Shown here: positions 49,701-61,149 of the stretch, piece by piece
Position numbering within the stretch: the stretch's first letter is position 1
How the letters are laid out: the number at the start of each line of letters is the position of its first letter
Assembly (NCBI RefSeq): GCF_036588685.1
Contig: NC_086379.1
Location: forward strand, 59,334,001 to 59,398,000
Length of the DNA: 64,000 nt
Direction of reading: 5' to 3'
Source of the DNA: Mytilus trossulus
Lineage: Eukaryota
Position numbers and translations under genes: made by a program
Notes under the pieces: model-generated
Databases searched by the model: none
The model's input: the letters and a program-made list of their open reading frames with translations, nothing else
Told to the model about the DNA's origin: nothing

Positions 49701-50503
49701 ATTCTATTTGCAGCTTGAAAAATACAAGAATCCACAAGACCAGCTGTCAAGTTCAGGTTGGTAAAGAATATAATGAAACATTTTGTGAAAAGCTTATCCA
49801 GTAGTGAAAAGCCATTTTGATAATGTATAAGTTATAAGTTTCAATATTAACAATCAGTCGACCCTCTTATTCTATTATGCAATACTTATTTAAAACTGTA
49901 ACAACTGGATAATATACTTTGTTTTTGAAGGGAAAGATAAGGATACAAACATTCATTTAATGTTGCCTTATATTTGTTAATTGTTAATTCAGAAATATTG
50001 TCAATGTTTTATTATTGGGAAAATTGTGACAGTAGAAGGTAAGAAAAAATGAAAACTCATTTTGTATTTTTATGGCATTATCAGTGATGCAGGATTTCCT
50101 AAAATTGCAGTAAAAAACTGATAATAAAGTCAAACAGACTAAATGTTCATGACAATTTAATAAGACCCCCTGTACTGGCATCAATATTTTAATAATATTG
50201 GGGCCAGTACAGGGTGTCCCAATTATCTGTTCTGAAAATTTAGTCTTTTTTACTTCAGAATTTGAATTTCACTGCAATTTGCTGATTGTAGCATATAGTA
50301 AGAATACTCTATAGATATACCTACTGTATAACCCTATAGTAAATGTTTTATTAAATATTTCAGAATTTGACCAGTTCTTGGCAGAAAGGTCAACAGGAGC
50401 TAATTCAGTACCAACCATTGCTGCAGCTGCAGGTCAAAGGTCGGGAAGTCGAAATCGTCAACTACAGAAAGACGAGGAAGAGAATCCATTATTTGCATTG
50501 TAA
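28737..50503 (+). CDS. TOM1L2: TOM1-family VHS-GAT endosomal adaptor (TOM1/TOM1L2 orthologue), about 520-535 aa
   Basis: Exons 28737-28794, 30940-31024, 32441-32525, 33932-34078, 35579-35713, 36304-36360, (39019-39048), 40340-40525, 41593-41671, 42053-42204, 42782-42893, 44502-44598, 44919-44991, (45848-45871), (47144-47176), 48768-48833, 49714-49756 and 50364-50503. VHS ([33 protein letters not shown]); GAT ([19 protein letters not shown]); clathrin box LIDLG; DDFDMFAQ; EMEQWL; [12 protein letters not shown]; C-terminal LFAL. Bracketed microexons are tentative. Confidence 0.92.
29085..29590 (-). mobile_element. Probable tRNA-derived SINE
   Basis: Minus-strand head GGGTTCATGGTCTAGTGGTTAAG...CCCGGGTTCGATT has Pol III A- and B-box-like motifs but no complete cloverleaf; the 3' boundary is approximate. 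Confidence 0.5.
34189..34840 (+). mobile_element. HINE/DINE-1-like element with 3 internal 168-bp units (TOM1L2 intron 4)
   Basis: 5' subTIR/hairpin TATACCCCCGCTTTAAAAAAGGGGGGTATA; (GTCC/GTCA)n microsatellite; 168-bp tandem units; 3' subTIR GCGGGGGTAT; hairpin GTGAGCAGTAGCTCAC; TT flanks. Confidence 0.85.
36897..38841 (+). mobile_element. HINE-like element with two internal tandem arrays
   Basis: subTIRs TTTATACGACCGCA / TGCGGTCGTATAAA; (GTC)n microsatellite; ~160-bp units x4 then ~130-bp units x4; short 3' terminal segment. Decayed relative at about 12660-13210. Confidence 0.8.
39377..39565. mobile_element. PIF/Harbinger-type MITE
   Basis: TIR GGGCTGTTCCAGAAAATACTATGTCCCC; TTA TSD at 39374-39376 and 39566-39568. 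Confidence 0.85.
40718..41070. repeat. Second abundant dispersed repeat (AATAAAATTGAGAATGGAAATGGGGAA...AAAGAGACAAC); other copies near 12015-12137 and, inverted, near 9320-9395, 14870-14912, 21060-21191 and 44420-44465
   Basis: Multiple recognisable copies on both strands; class not determined. Confidence 0.7.
43020..43293. repeat. Abundant dispersed repeat (AGAAGATGTGGTA...GCCAATGAGAC...); other copies near 10060-10340, 31870-32220 and 33690-33880
   Basis: Four recognisable diverged copies within the window; class not determined. Confidence 0.7.
43381..44190 (+). mobile_element. HINE/DINE-1-like element with 4 internal 168-bp units (later TOM1L2 intron)
   Basis: Same termini and units as 34189-34840; explains the 252-aa ORF with 56-aa repeats. 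Confidence 0.85.
48405..48723. repeat. Long imperfect inverted repeat (about 133-bp arms, about 53-nt loop)
   Basis: 48405-48537 is the approximate reverse complement of 48591-48723. Confidence 0.85.
49121..49335 (+). mobile_element. Short HINE-like element
   Basis: TTTTATGCCCCACCTAC...AGAGGGGCAT hairpin; GTCC/GTTC microsatellite; subTIR GTGGGGCAT; 3' end CATTCTTGTT. Confidence 0.65.
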
Positions 50504-52920
50504 CATCCAGTTTGTTTGTGTTAAAATGTGAGATATTGTATCCTTGTACATCCTGGTGTATGTATGTGTTAAACTGTGGCTTGACTGATTGTGACAGGAG
50601 GGGAGATGCAAGGGGCATGAAGGAACATTGTATATTTTATATAAGTAGGAAAGACAGTTTTGATAATTTGCATAATCAGTGTTGTGCCTTTATTGAGATC
50701 TTAAACTATGAACAGTATGGAAAGCAGGATTCTGTTTACTTGGTTTTTTTTTCAAAATAAGAACAGATTTTTTCCTTCACCCAAAACAATATTTGTGAAT
50801 ATATCTAATTTAATTAAAAACTACATCTTTAGAGTAAGACTTTTTTGTAATGTGTTTAATAGAGTAAGATAGTAACCTCCTGTTTCTCATGTGATGTGTA
50901 TATTTTCATATAATTGGTCAATCTTTATATCTAAATGATATATTAGCTTTGTATATTACATGGTACACATTTATACATTTACCACCTAATATTGTAACCG
51001 TTTGGTATTGGTGAATTATCTTTTGCTTCATTAAAGTTCTGCTAACAAATGACATGCTTAATTTTTCAATATTCAGGTTACACATGTATTTACGGGATGA
51101 TTATAGCGGTTAATTACAAAATATTTAGCTTATGTACCCTTATAATATAAAATAAAAATAACAAAAGAAATTTTCCAGAAAATATGGCAGACATGAAACA
51201 AAACTAGATTTTTAATTCTTCTTTTTTGATAGTTATGAAAATTTTATTATGCATGCCTAGCTTTTCTTATAGATGTAAAACAAGGTCATAAATTAACAAA
51301 TTGTGTTAATTTTATGTTGAATGTTTGTTTTGAAGATGTTGATACATGTATGACTATTTCTTTTGATATTGTATGTATTATATAACAAAATCAAAAAGAT
51401 ATGTTTCATTTAAGAGGATAGTGAAATTTATATTCTAGTGTGATAACATAATAATTGGCTGTTTGGTGCATGAATGAAAATTTATATGAGAGAGGAATTT
51501 TAATTATGTAAATGAGTGTTCTCAGTTTATGTATCTGACCTGTAACTTGATGTAGATTTCTACATACCTAATTAATATTTTTCTACAATGTTACAAGTTT
51601 ATCAAAAAATACTTTGATATGATAAACGTGTTGATATTTTAATGTGTTGTAAGTTTGTTCTTTAAATCTTCCATTAAACTTGGAAATAATTGTCTTACTT
51701 TATAGGAAATGACTTTTACAGATTCTTCTAATAACCACATATTTTACCTAATGATTTCAAATTCTGGAATGATTTATTCATTCAGTAATTTGTATTGAAG
51801 CTAAAATGGCACATATCTAAAATATCAGACAAGTCAAAACCAGAATGATTGCCTCCAATTATATCCATTTGTTATAGGCTGTGAGACGAATTGTGTATAT
51901 TTATGTTAAATAACTGGACTATATACAGATCATGTAAATCTACAATCCTACTATAACTCTATTTATAGCCCTTTATAAAGGATGGCATTTAGCTTTGTTA
52001 TATAACATTATGGTGTAGTTATACATTAATTCGTTAGTACATTTGTTATTTATATGTAAATAATAACTTAGATTGTTTGTAGACTACTGTTACACCAAAA
52101 TAATTTTCTGATTTTGAAAATTTTACACTTTATCAATGTAGTTTGACAAGAAACTCAAAAACCAGTTTGAAATATTTTGCTCTTAATTGAAATCAGCAAA
52201 TAAACATTTTTGTAGTTAGATTTGTTACAACTGTGTGAAGTTAACAAAGTATCTTCCTTCATTTGAAAGAAAACATTTAATAATTGAGATTGCAAATACT
52301 GCATCTAAAAACACATTTTAAAGCTAAAAATTATTCACAGCTTTAGGCTTAGGCTTTTATTTTTTTTTTATTTTCAATAAATTTTGCTTTTTGAATTTTA
52401 TAAAGTTGAGTATCATTTATTTAAATCTTTAGTAGTCAATAAGACCAATATCTTGAATAGTTGTTTCCTCATCTTAGTAAATATTTACAAAAGATTTCTA
52501 TTTATTCAGCTGTTTAGGTGAAAGATGAAAAGTGAAGAAAAAAAACCAATGCTTATTAATTAAGATTTAAATAATTGCATACTAACTATTATTTTCAGCA
52601 AATTTATTTTATATGTTCAGTAAAACTTGGATTATTTCATCTCAGTTTTTCATTTACATCTAAGAAGTGCTTGCAATTATATTAAATTGATTGCCTATAA
52701 TAAGTTTATAACGGAATATAGTAATGAATCATTCGAAAGTATTCCAATGTTAAATGAACAGTAGATAAACCACAACTCTTAGAAGGTTTTTTTGCCTGTA
52801 AAATTGTAATGACAGGAAAAATGATAATAAACAGTATTGTTGATTAACTATATGTCTTGTTTTATCTCATCTTGAAGGAATGAGACTGGGTATGCATTAG
52901 GGTTAGCATCAACAATATAT

Positions 52921-53132
52921 TACTGTGGAATCCTTATTATTGGTTGGATACCAATTTAAGTGGATTTCATGGTAATCCAGTAACCATGAATTCCAATGTA
53001 CAACAAATTACAAAATTTTCATAGGAATATCTGCAGATTCTGGCAAAACTATAAAATCAAATATCCACAAAAGTGACAGTTTTCCTCAATAGATGAATTT
53101 TGGTACCAAAGAAAATAAATGAATCCAAAGTA
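52921..53132. mobile_element. TA-flanked MITE (TACTGTGGATTCAT family); other copies 18339-18548, 45553-45723 and 55983-56174
   Basis: Shared TIR CTGTGGA(A)TTCATT...AATGAATCCACAG and a similar body in four places. Confidence 0.7.
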
Positions 53133-53721
53133 ATTTGTGATTCGGTCAGTTTATTGGGAACCACTAGTGGTAGGTCAATAATATTTGGTATGTAGTTGTA
53201 TTAGCATTGATACATCTTACTTCCATGGAGATTATTTGGCCCCATCCTGTCAGTCATTGTTTAAATGTGTTCCAAAATTTACATGTTACAGTTTGTGATT
53301 AGATTAGTTCAAAAGGAACGCCTCACAGTAATTCAATGATATTTGATATGTAGCTGTTTTAGTATTTGAAAGTCACTTTTTCATGGAGAATATTTGGTCA
53401 TAACTCTTCATCATTTTTCATTGACTTGACAATTTTGTTTACAAGTTAAAGTTTGTTTAAAGGGCAACTTTATTCAAATCTGAGTTAATTGATTTGTATG
53501 AAAACCTATGTTGGTGTATATAATCCATGTTTCTTGAACATGTTTACTAGAGAAAGATTAGTAAGTAAGTCAAGCAACATAGATATCACTTATTTTATCT
53601 TGTGCTGTCATTATAATAGCATTTTGCTCTTGCTTGAGACACAACCAGATTTCATCTTTCACCTTGTCGATACCACTGCTGGTGGACGTTTTGTCCACCA
53701 GGGTATCACTAGCCCAGTAGT

Positions 53722-56700
53722 CACTTACTTTAATTATCCTCTTCATCCCCAGTGGGACATAAGGCCACAACGAACTGCCTCCACTTCTTCCTGTTTTTAG
53801 CCATGTACTTGACTTGGCCCAAAGTGTAGCTAATTGCTTCTAGTTCTGCTGTAACAGTTTTTCGCAAGGTGATTCTAGGTCTCCCTGGATTCCTTTTTCC
53901 TGGTGGTATTCAATATAGAGCTGTTATTGGTGTGCGGTGTTGTGGCATTCTCAGTACATGGCCTAACCATCTAAATCATCGTTGTTTACCAAAAGGCTCT
54001 TGTTGCTGATCGTATCTGGTCAGAATATTCTATTGCTTAGGCAGCTAGTATGTAAAGCATCTACTTTTTGAAGGTCACCAACTAAAACACGCCAAGTTTG
54101 TAAACCATACAGTAGGACAGATTTTACATTGCTGTTGTAAATTCGCAGTTTGGTCCTTAAACTGTACTTGTTGGACTTCCAGATTGTATGAATGTCTTGT
54201 AAATGTTGCACATGTCTTAGATAGTCTTTGCCTTTATATCCTATCCTACCCCATTATCTTTACTTATGATGCTTCCGAGGTAGGTGAAATCTTCAACACT
54301 GTCCACTGGCAGATCATTGATTGTTATTGGTGTTGTATTTCTAGTGCTTCTTGACATTACCTTGGTTTTCTTGGCATTGACATTAAGACCAGTTCGCTTT
54401 GCATAGTTGTCAAGTATGTTGCTCTTCCCTTGGAGGTGTTCAATTGTTGTTGTTAATATGCCAATGTCATCAGCAAAATCAAGGTTTTCTAGCTGGTTAA
54501 ACATGGTTCACTGGATATCCCTTTTCTTGTCTGATGTTGTTCTTCTTTGTATCCAGTCAATGGCCAATCAAAATATGATTGGTGACATTATACACCACTG
54601 TCTTACACCAGATTTAACTTCAAATGAGTCTGGGATAGAGCTATCAAGGATGACACTGCATTCAAAGCTGTTGTATAAGGCTTTTATAAGCTTCAAAATT
54701 TTAGGTGGAATTCCGTATAATTAAACAATTTTCCAAAGAGTTTCTCTATGTATACTGTCAAAGGCCTTTTTGATTTCGATGAAACTAATGAAAAGCGGTG
54801 CGTTCCATTCAATGTTTCTCGGAGTGAAAATTTGCAATGCATCCTCTGCCTCTTCTAAAGCCTGCTTGTATATCTAAGCTTTTCATCCACAATTTTATCA
54901 ATTCTTTTTAGAAGTATTTTGCAAAATACCTTACTAAGGACAGAAAGTAGTGTAATTCCTCTCCAGTTGTCACAGTTGCGTAGATTACCTTTCTTTGGTA
55001 ATTTCACAATCGGGCCTTTACTCTAGTCTGGTCGAATGTCCCCTTCTTTCCAGATGACAAGGAAAAGGTTGTGGAGTACTTCGGATGATGTATCTAAGTC
55101 TGCCTTAAACATCTCTGCGTGGATGGAATCAATGCCTGATGCCTTCCCTTTCTTTAATTATTTAATGGCCTTTCTTACTTCTTCTATAGTTGGTGGTTCT
55201 GTGTTGATGTTTAAGTCATCGTCTGATGGTTCAGGAATAGCTAAGATATCAGGCTCAGGGCATTTTTTTATACCTCTTTGAAATGTTAGACCCACCTTTT
55301 TTCTTGTTACCTTTCTGTTTTCAATGCTTTGCCATTTTCGTCGTTTACATGTGCTGTCTGTGCATTAGATGTTCCACAGAGTTGTTCTCAACTCTCACAG
55401 AATGGATGCCGTTTCTGCGTGTTTTGCCAGGTCCTTCAGGTATTGTCTTTTATCTTTTATAGCACTTCTTTTAACCTCTTTGTCGTTTGCTCTGTATGTT
55501 AGTTGTAGTTGATCTTGTAACCTTTTGGATTTTTCATTTACTGAATTTTGTTTTATAGTCTTTCTTTCTTCATTTTTTTGCCAGGTTCCAGATGTTAACC
55601 AATCTTTGTTCTTTTTTTGTCTTGTGACCAACTGTCTTTTCTGCTGTTTTTACACTATCTTTGATGTTAGCCTTCTTCCCTTGTACACTATCTTCTCCAT
55701 CGTCAGAAGTTATCTAGCACATTAAACCGATTTTGCGATTCTAAACAAAAAGCTTTCTTGACCTTTTGTTACTTCAACCTTGCTGTGTCTAGTCTTTTTG
55801 TTCTGGTTTTCAGTAGGTGCCTTTCTTAATTTTAATTTGATGGTAGCTTTCAGTAGATAGTGATCACTGTTTACATCTGCACCCCTGAGTACTCGTACAT
55901 CTCTTAATGTTCTACGCCACTTATTGTTCACCAATATGTGGTCAATCTGGTTAACTATTCTTCAATCAGGTGTTTTCCATGTTACTGTGGATTCATTTAT
56001 TTTCGTGGGCACAAATTTTCGTTGATGAAGGAAAACTTGCATGTTCGTGTGTTTTTGAGTTCTTGGTTTTGCGGAATTCTTTATACAAGCAGTTAGAAAA
56101 TTTGCAATTCCGGTTCGCCTAGACACACGAAATCCACGAAAATTGGTTTCCAACGAATAATAATTAATTCACAGGAGTTTATGGATGTTTTTTTATGTGA
56201 AAAGATAGTCCCTCCTATCACCAGTTTATTGCAAAGGCAAAGATTTATAGCACGTTCAACATTCTCATTTTTCACCCCACAACCATGACTGCCCATGACA
56301 TTTTCAGCATCAGTTTTGTCAGATCCTACTTTTGCATTAATATCTCCCAATATTACCAGCCTGTCGTGAGGAGGTACGTTAGACATAAGTCACTGATTGA
56401 TTTCTATTTTAGTATTATTTTTGCCTCTTCTTTGCATATAATTATTGTTACACTTTTAATATATCTGTCATTGTTTCCAGAGTGTAGGATGATGTTTCCA
56501 TTATTTGTTATCATCTTTCCTGTGCCAGTTCAACGACATTCGACATTGTGCTTGGCCCTAGAAGACTCATTTCCATTTTCATTTTCCTACTTTCCACAAA
56601 AGGACCTTCACTAGGAGAAGTCATTCCGCTGTGGTTTGAGTCCCTATAAAAGAGGTTAATCTTATTTCATTTGTTTTGGTTTCTGTAACTGTAATAGTTT

Positions 56701-57106
56701 TACAGGATGGGGGGACTCTTGCCCAAAACTCCAACCAGGAGGGCCAGGGAATTTGTCGTCAAGGTATCCATCCTCTAGAAGGGCTGATGTGCTGAGCTAA
56801 TGAATCTATTCTATCCGGGTTTGTTTTCGAAGTTTACCAGCTTCTAGATGAATTGCCTTACTTGGCTACGACTCTCATCTAACCGCCTATTTACCCATAG
56901 CTGGGATTAGGTTGGTGAGTGCATGGGCATGTCCACACACCGGTGGGCCTACACACTGCACCTCTAAGGTCCTTGCTGCTCCGAGATCTCCTGCAGTTTA
57001 GCCTGAGGTACTAGTCCCCAGGTTACGTGTACTGTCGCGGGAGACACTGGCCTGCAGGAGTCTTTGTAGTGTAGAGACTATGTACTGACAGGAAAGACTT
57101 ACACAC
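53722..57106 (-). mobile_element. Decayed RTE-clade non-LTR retrotransposon (APE endonuclease + RT), near full length
   Basis: Minus-strand fragments: ILGDINAKVG, VIGGTIFSHK..TWKTPD, GADVNSDHYLL (APE); LDFADDI, VEDFTYLGS, TKLRIYNSNVKSVLLYG..TW (RT and C-terminus); short microsatellite-like tail near 53722; many stops and frameshifts. Confidence 0.88.
56988..57106 (-). ncRNA. Candidate decayed HDV-like self-cleaving ribozyme at the RTE 5' end
   Basis: P3 GUC/GAC around L3 UCCCGC; P4 CCUGGGG/CCUCAGG; J4/2 CUAA; P2 CUCCUG..CAGU/ACUGCAGGAG; partial P1 GUGUA/UACAC. Confidence 0.5.
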
Positions 57107-57234
57107 TTTGCTTTCTTTTCACACAGCAAGTTAGCATTGATTTGCAACCATAATTTACGCATATCATATATCACTACCCTGTGGCATAAACGTGCGTCTG
57201 GCGTATCAAATTAAAAGCCTGGTACCATTGATAA

Positions 57235-57770
57235 CTATCATCTTGGGATGCCTTATATAATCCAGCTTTCACTAGGAACACATTGGGATCACTTCTGTCA
57301 TCTTGTGTTGTCATTATAGTGTTGCCTAACAGAACACAGCTCTTGTTGGAAATACATAGATATCACTTGTGTCATCTAGTGTTGTCATCATTTTGTTGCC
57401 TATCAGCATCCAGCACTTGATTTTAAAACACCCTTCTGTAATCTTGTGTTGTGATAATGTGTTGCTTAATGGCTTTCAACTCTTTATTTTGGCGCATAGA
57501 TATCACTTATGTCATCTTGTGTTGTGATTATGTGTTGTCGTACGTCATCCAGCTCTTGCTTTGGACAAATATATATCACTAATGTTATCTTGTGTTGTCA
57601 TTATAGCGTTGCCTAATAGCAATTGGCTCGTGCTTGTGACACATACATATCACTTCTGTCATCTCTTGTTGTCCTCATTGTGTTGTCTAACAGCATCCGG
57701 CTCTTGCTTTGGACACATATATATCACTTATGTCATCTTATGTTGTCACCATTGTGTTGCCTAACATGAT
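57235..57770. repeat. Degenerate ~74-bp tandem repeat (about 7 copies; one more unit at about 53578-53645)
   Basis: ATATCACTT.TGTCATCTTGTGTTGTCATT...GCCTAACAGCATCC recurs about every 74 bp. Confidence 0.8.
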
Positions 57771-60700
57771 GTAACTGTTGCTGGCCTCTGCTTCATTTGC
57801 AAAGTTCATCAGTCATCGATTTGCTTTTTTGGTTATGTCTATTTCTTAGATAATACTTTTTAGTAGTATTTTACCATGTTTAAGTCAACTATATTTGGTT
57901 TATGGTATTATTGTGCGATGTAGATGACCGTCTGACAGGGTATGTCTGGCCTTTACCTTTTTCCATGAGTAACTTTGTCCTGATATTGACATTTCGGTTG
58001 CAATCATCTTCTTTACCAAACTTGTGTTAATGATCATAAGAAAGAGTTATAACTGTTGAATGACTATGCAAAAGATTAAAGTCACATCAGCTATCAATCT
58101 TCTCATACATGTATTTGTAATTCTTTGTTTATTTCAGAATAACGTCTTTATAACCACTATTCCTACGTTTAATTAAAAAAAAGTTGTTTCATAGTGTTCC
58201 AAGGTAGGAAGAACATATTTGTTTAAAGGTCATTAAAGCAAAGGTTAAGGTCATCCTGGTGATAGGATGAAACTTTTGTGTATTTTTTGTTTTTGATGAT
58301 ATATTTTATACCTTTTGTACATCTTTTACCAAACATTAATCCCATTGGTATGAACACTTGTTACAAGGTCAAAGTTAAAAGTCACCCCGTTGTTTGTAGT
58401 CCTAGACATTTGCAGAATGTTGCATTCCATGCAGATTATACCTTTATGACCATATACCTCACATTTGACAAAATCCCTTTGATATGAAAAAGAGGGAAAA
58501 GAGTTAAAAGAGATCACAGGGTCAAATTAATTATCACAGAAGATATTGATATTGCTGTACATGTGTATACTATTGGTTTCCAGATTATATTCATATACCA
58601 TATGTCACATATGTAAAAATAATCATTTGAAAAATAAAGAAGACCTCTGTTGATAGTTGGGGCATATGTCAAAAGTCAAAGTTCTAGATAATAGACTGTA
58701 ACTTTGTGAGAAGTTTTGGTACGAGCTGTTACAATTCCTGGTTTGATAATGCCCCGATAGTTGATAAAAAAAAAATATATATATATTTAAGTCACTGTGT
58801 CAAAGGTCAAGGACATGAAAGGAACTGATTAAAATTAGGGCTAAAATCAGGATTTTGTATGATATATTTTTTTTAGCGAAAATGATACAACTTTATTCGC
58901 ACCATGGCTTGATGGGTTAAAAATATCCTTAGTGATTTTGAGGCTATAAGGAGTTGGGTGCAACAACGTATTTGATTTGAACGAATGAAATCTCTGTATA
59001 AATGACACCAGGGTTTCAGATATTACAAACTAATCAAAGCATTTACTAAATTTTATCATATGTACAAGGACATCAATCGTAAATATAAAGCAACATGCAG
59101 ACTTATTCAGACGTTCAGGTATTTGACATTCAATACTTTATGGTGAAGCACAAAAAAGTCGGCATTCACCTCAAAAGCTAACCAAACCTTTAAAAAGACT
59201 TTAATTAAAAGGGAAATAGTTACAATACTGTTGTCAAGTCATTATTTTAGATGGCATATTGGAAATAAACACTTTTATTCGAAAACCATGCAGTTGTTGT
59301 CATGGTGCGGGTTATGTTCTTCTCATATATTTTATGATGTTATGATACTAAACCCCGAACGGCAAGGATTGTGTTAGATTTTCATATGATGAAGACATAA
59401 TCTTTCAATCAGATTAATTGAGGTCTGCAGATTTCAGTAACTGCTAGAAGTCCTTTGCTAATTTATGTATTATTGTTATTTTGTGACATTACCTATATAT
59501 TGTCACTCAACTTACTAATAACATCATTCCCATTTATTAATCAAGTGATAATCAAACACAAATTTAAAGTACAAGTACAGTCTTTATCGCAGGTGAACTT
59601 ATTTTAATGGTACCCTCACAATGGTCATGGAATCAAGTATAGAACAACCGTCTGTTAAGCTCACGACAATGCTTACACAAATAAATTTTTCTAATTCTAC
59701 AACTCAAAACAACGCTTATTAATGCCAATCAAAGGGAATGGCAAGCAGGTCCTTCCAAAGAAATATGAATAATGCAATAAGGAAAATAGGTTAAAATGTG
59801 ATCCTAATAAAAAATAGAAATAATCAAGATAACGATTATTGTTGGCTGTCTGATTAAGATGTCCATTCAGTATACTATAGTAGTTATATGTCAATAGACC
59901 AAAGAAACTTTCCGCATTTTCATTCAGTTGTTAGGAGCTACATTTTAAGTGTCGACGCAATTTGGGATACGATTTCAATTGAAATGTGTTGAAAAAGATC
60001 GTTTGATTCTCTTTTCTTTTTACTAGACTCAAAAACTAAATAACTCACGAAACCAGGGTTTGAAAACAAATATTATTTTATTAAAATCCACTGTAATTCC
60101 ATTGAAATAGTCCTGCAATTAAAATCCTATTGTTTCAAAAAGACAGAGATGTGTATTCGCCGTTGATATCACATATTCAATCGAGCGGAAATTTAAAAAG
60201 CTCTAGTGAAATCACAACTAGATTTTGTGTTCCGGAACATGCATTTGTATTTCTTGTTATAGATATACTTCGTCGCTAGCTTAATTGTTTTAGCCTGTTA
60301 GTGTCACGATTTTGGTTGATAAAATAAATGGACATTATCACATAGATCGACGAATGAAGTTGAAAGAAATAATTCTTCCTCATGTTGGTGTGTTTGTGCT
60401 TTAGACAGAAACCGGAGGAAATTGTAGTCAGAACAAAGGTAATTATTCCAATAAATATAGAGATAATACAAAATATAGAACGAACCATGTTGCTATGGAA
60501 GGACATAGCAATCAAATTAGTCAGTGCAACTGGCACTACAGTTATGCTTCTTTTTTCTTCAAAACAAACTTGTTTATTTCTTTATAACCGAAATCTTAAT
60601 TAATACATATGTTCCGTCAATAAAATATATCAGTATAAGGATGTTTGAAAACCGCGGCAATATGACGTTCAGTGACAACACTTACTAGTTTTATCTAACC

Positions 60701-61149
60701 TATTTCATGAATTCTTGCAACATTAGAAATAGTATTTCGCTTGTTTCTGAAATAATTTGATTAAACATTTATCCACAAAACTAGTGATTTTTGCTTTTTA
60801 AATCTTTTAAGATCTCATAATATTGATGCCAACACATTTTGTTAATAAAAAAAAGATTGTTTCGTGGTGAGGTAGGTCCGGTTCCACGTGCTTTGTCCAC
60901 GTCATTTTTATTCATATCTTATTTAATTAAATTATAATTGGCTACCACCAGTATATGAACACTTCACAAAACGACATCAAGCAACCACCATCACAACAAA
61001 ACCAACATGGCTTTGTCAAACTGAAAAGGCTTATTCAAAAACCTTCTTCGCTGTAAAAATAGCAAATAAACTTTAGTTAGCCGAAATAACAGAATAATCT
61101 ATATTCACAAAAAATGATATAAAAACAAAATACTATCCTATAATTTCAG

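Noticed and set aside
57800-61100. Additional gene between the LINE and the GST (e.g. ORF 60276-60536)
   Set aside because: No recognisable protein motif or consistent exon chain; mostly decayed repeats and possible GST 5' UTR exons.
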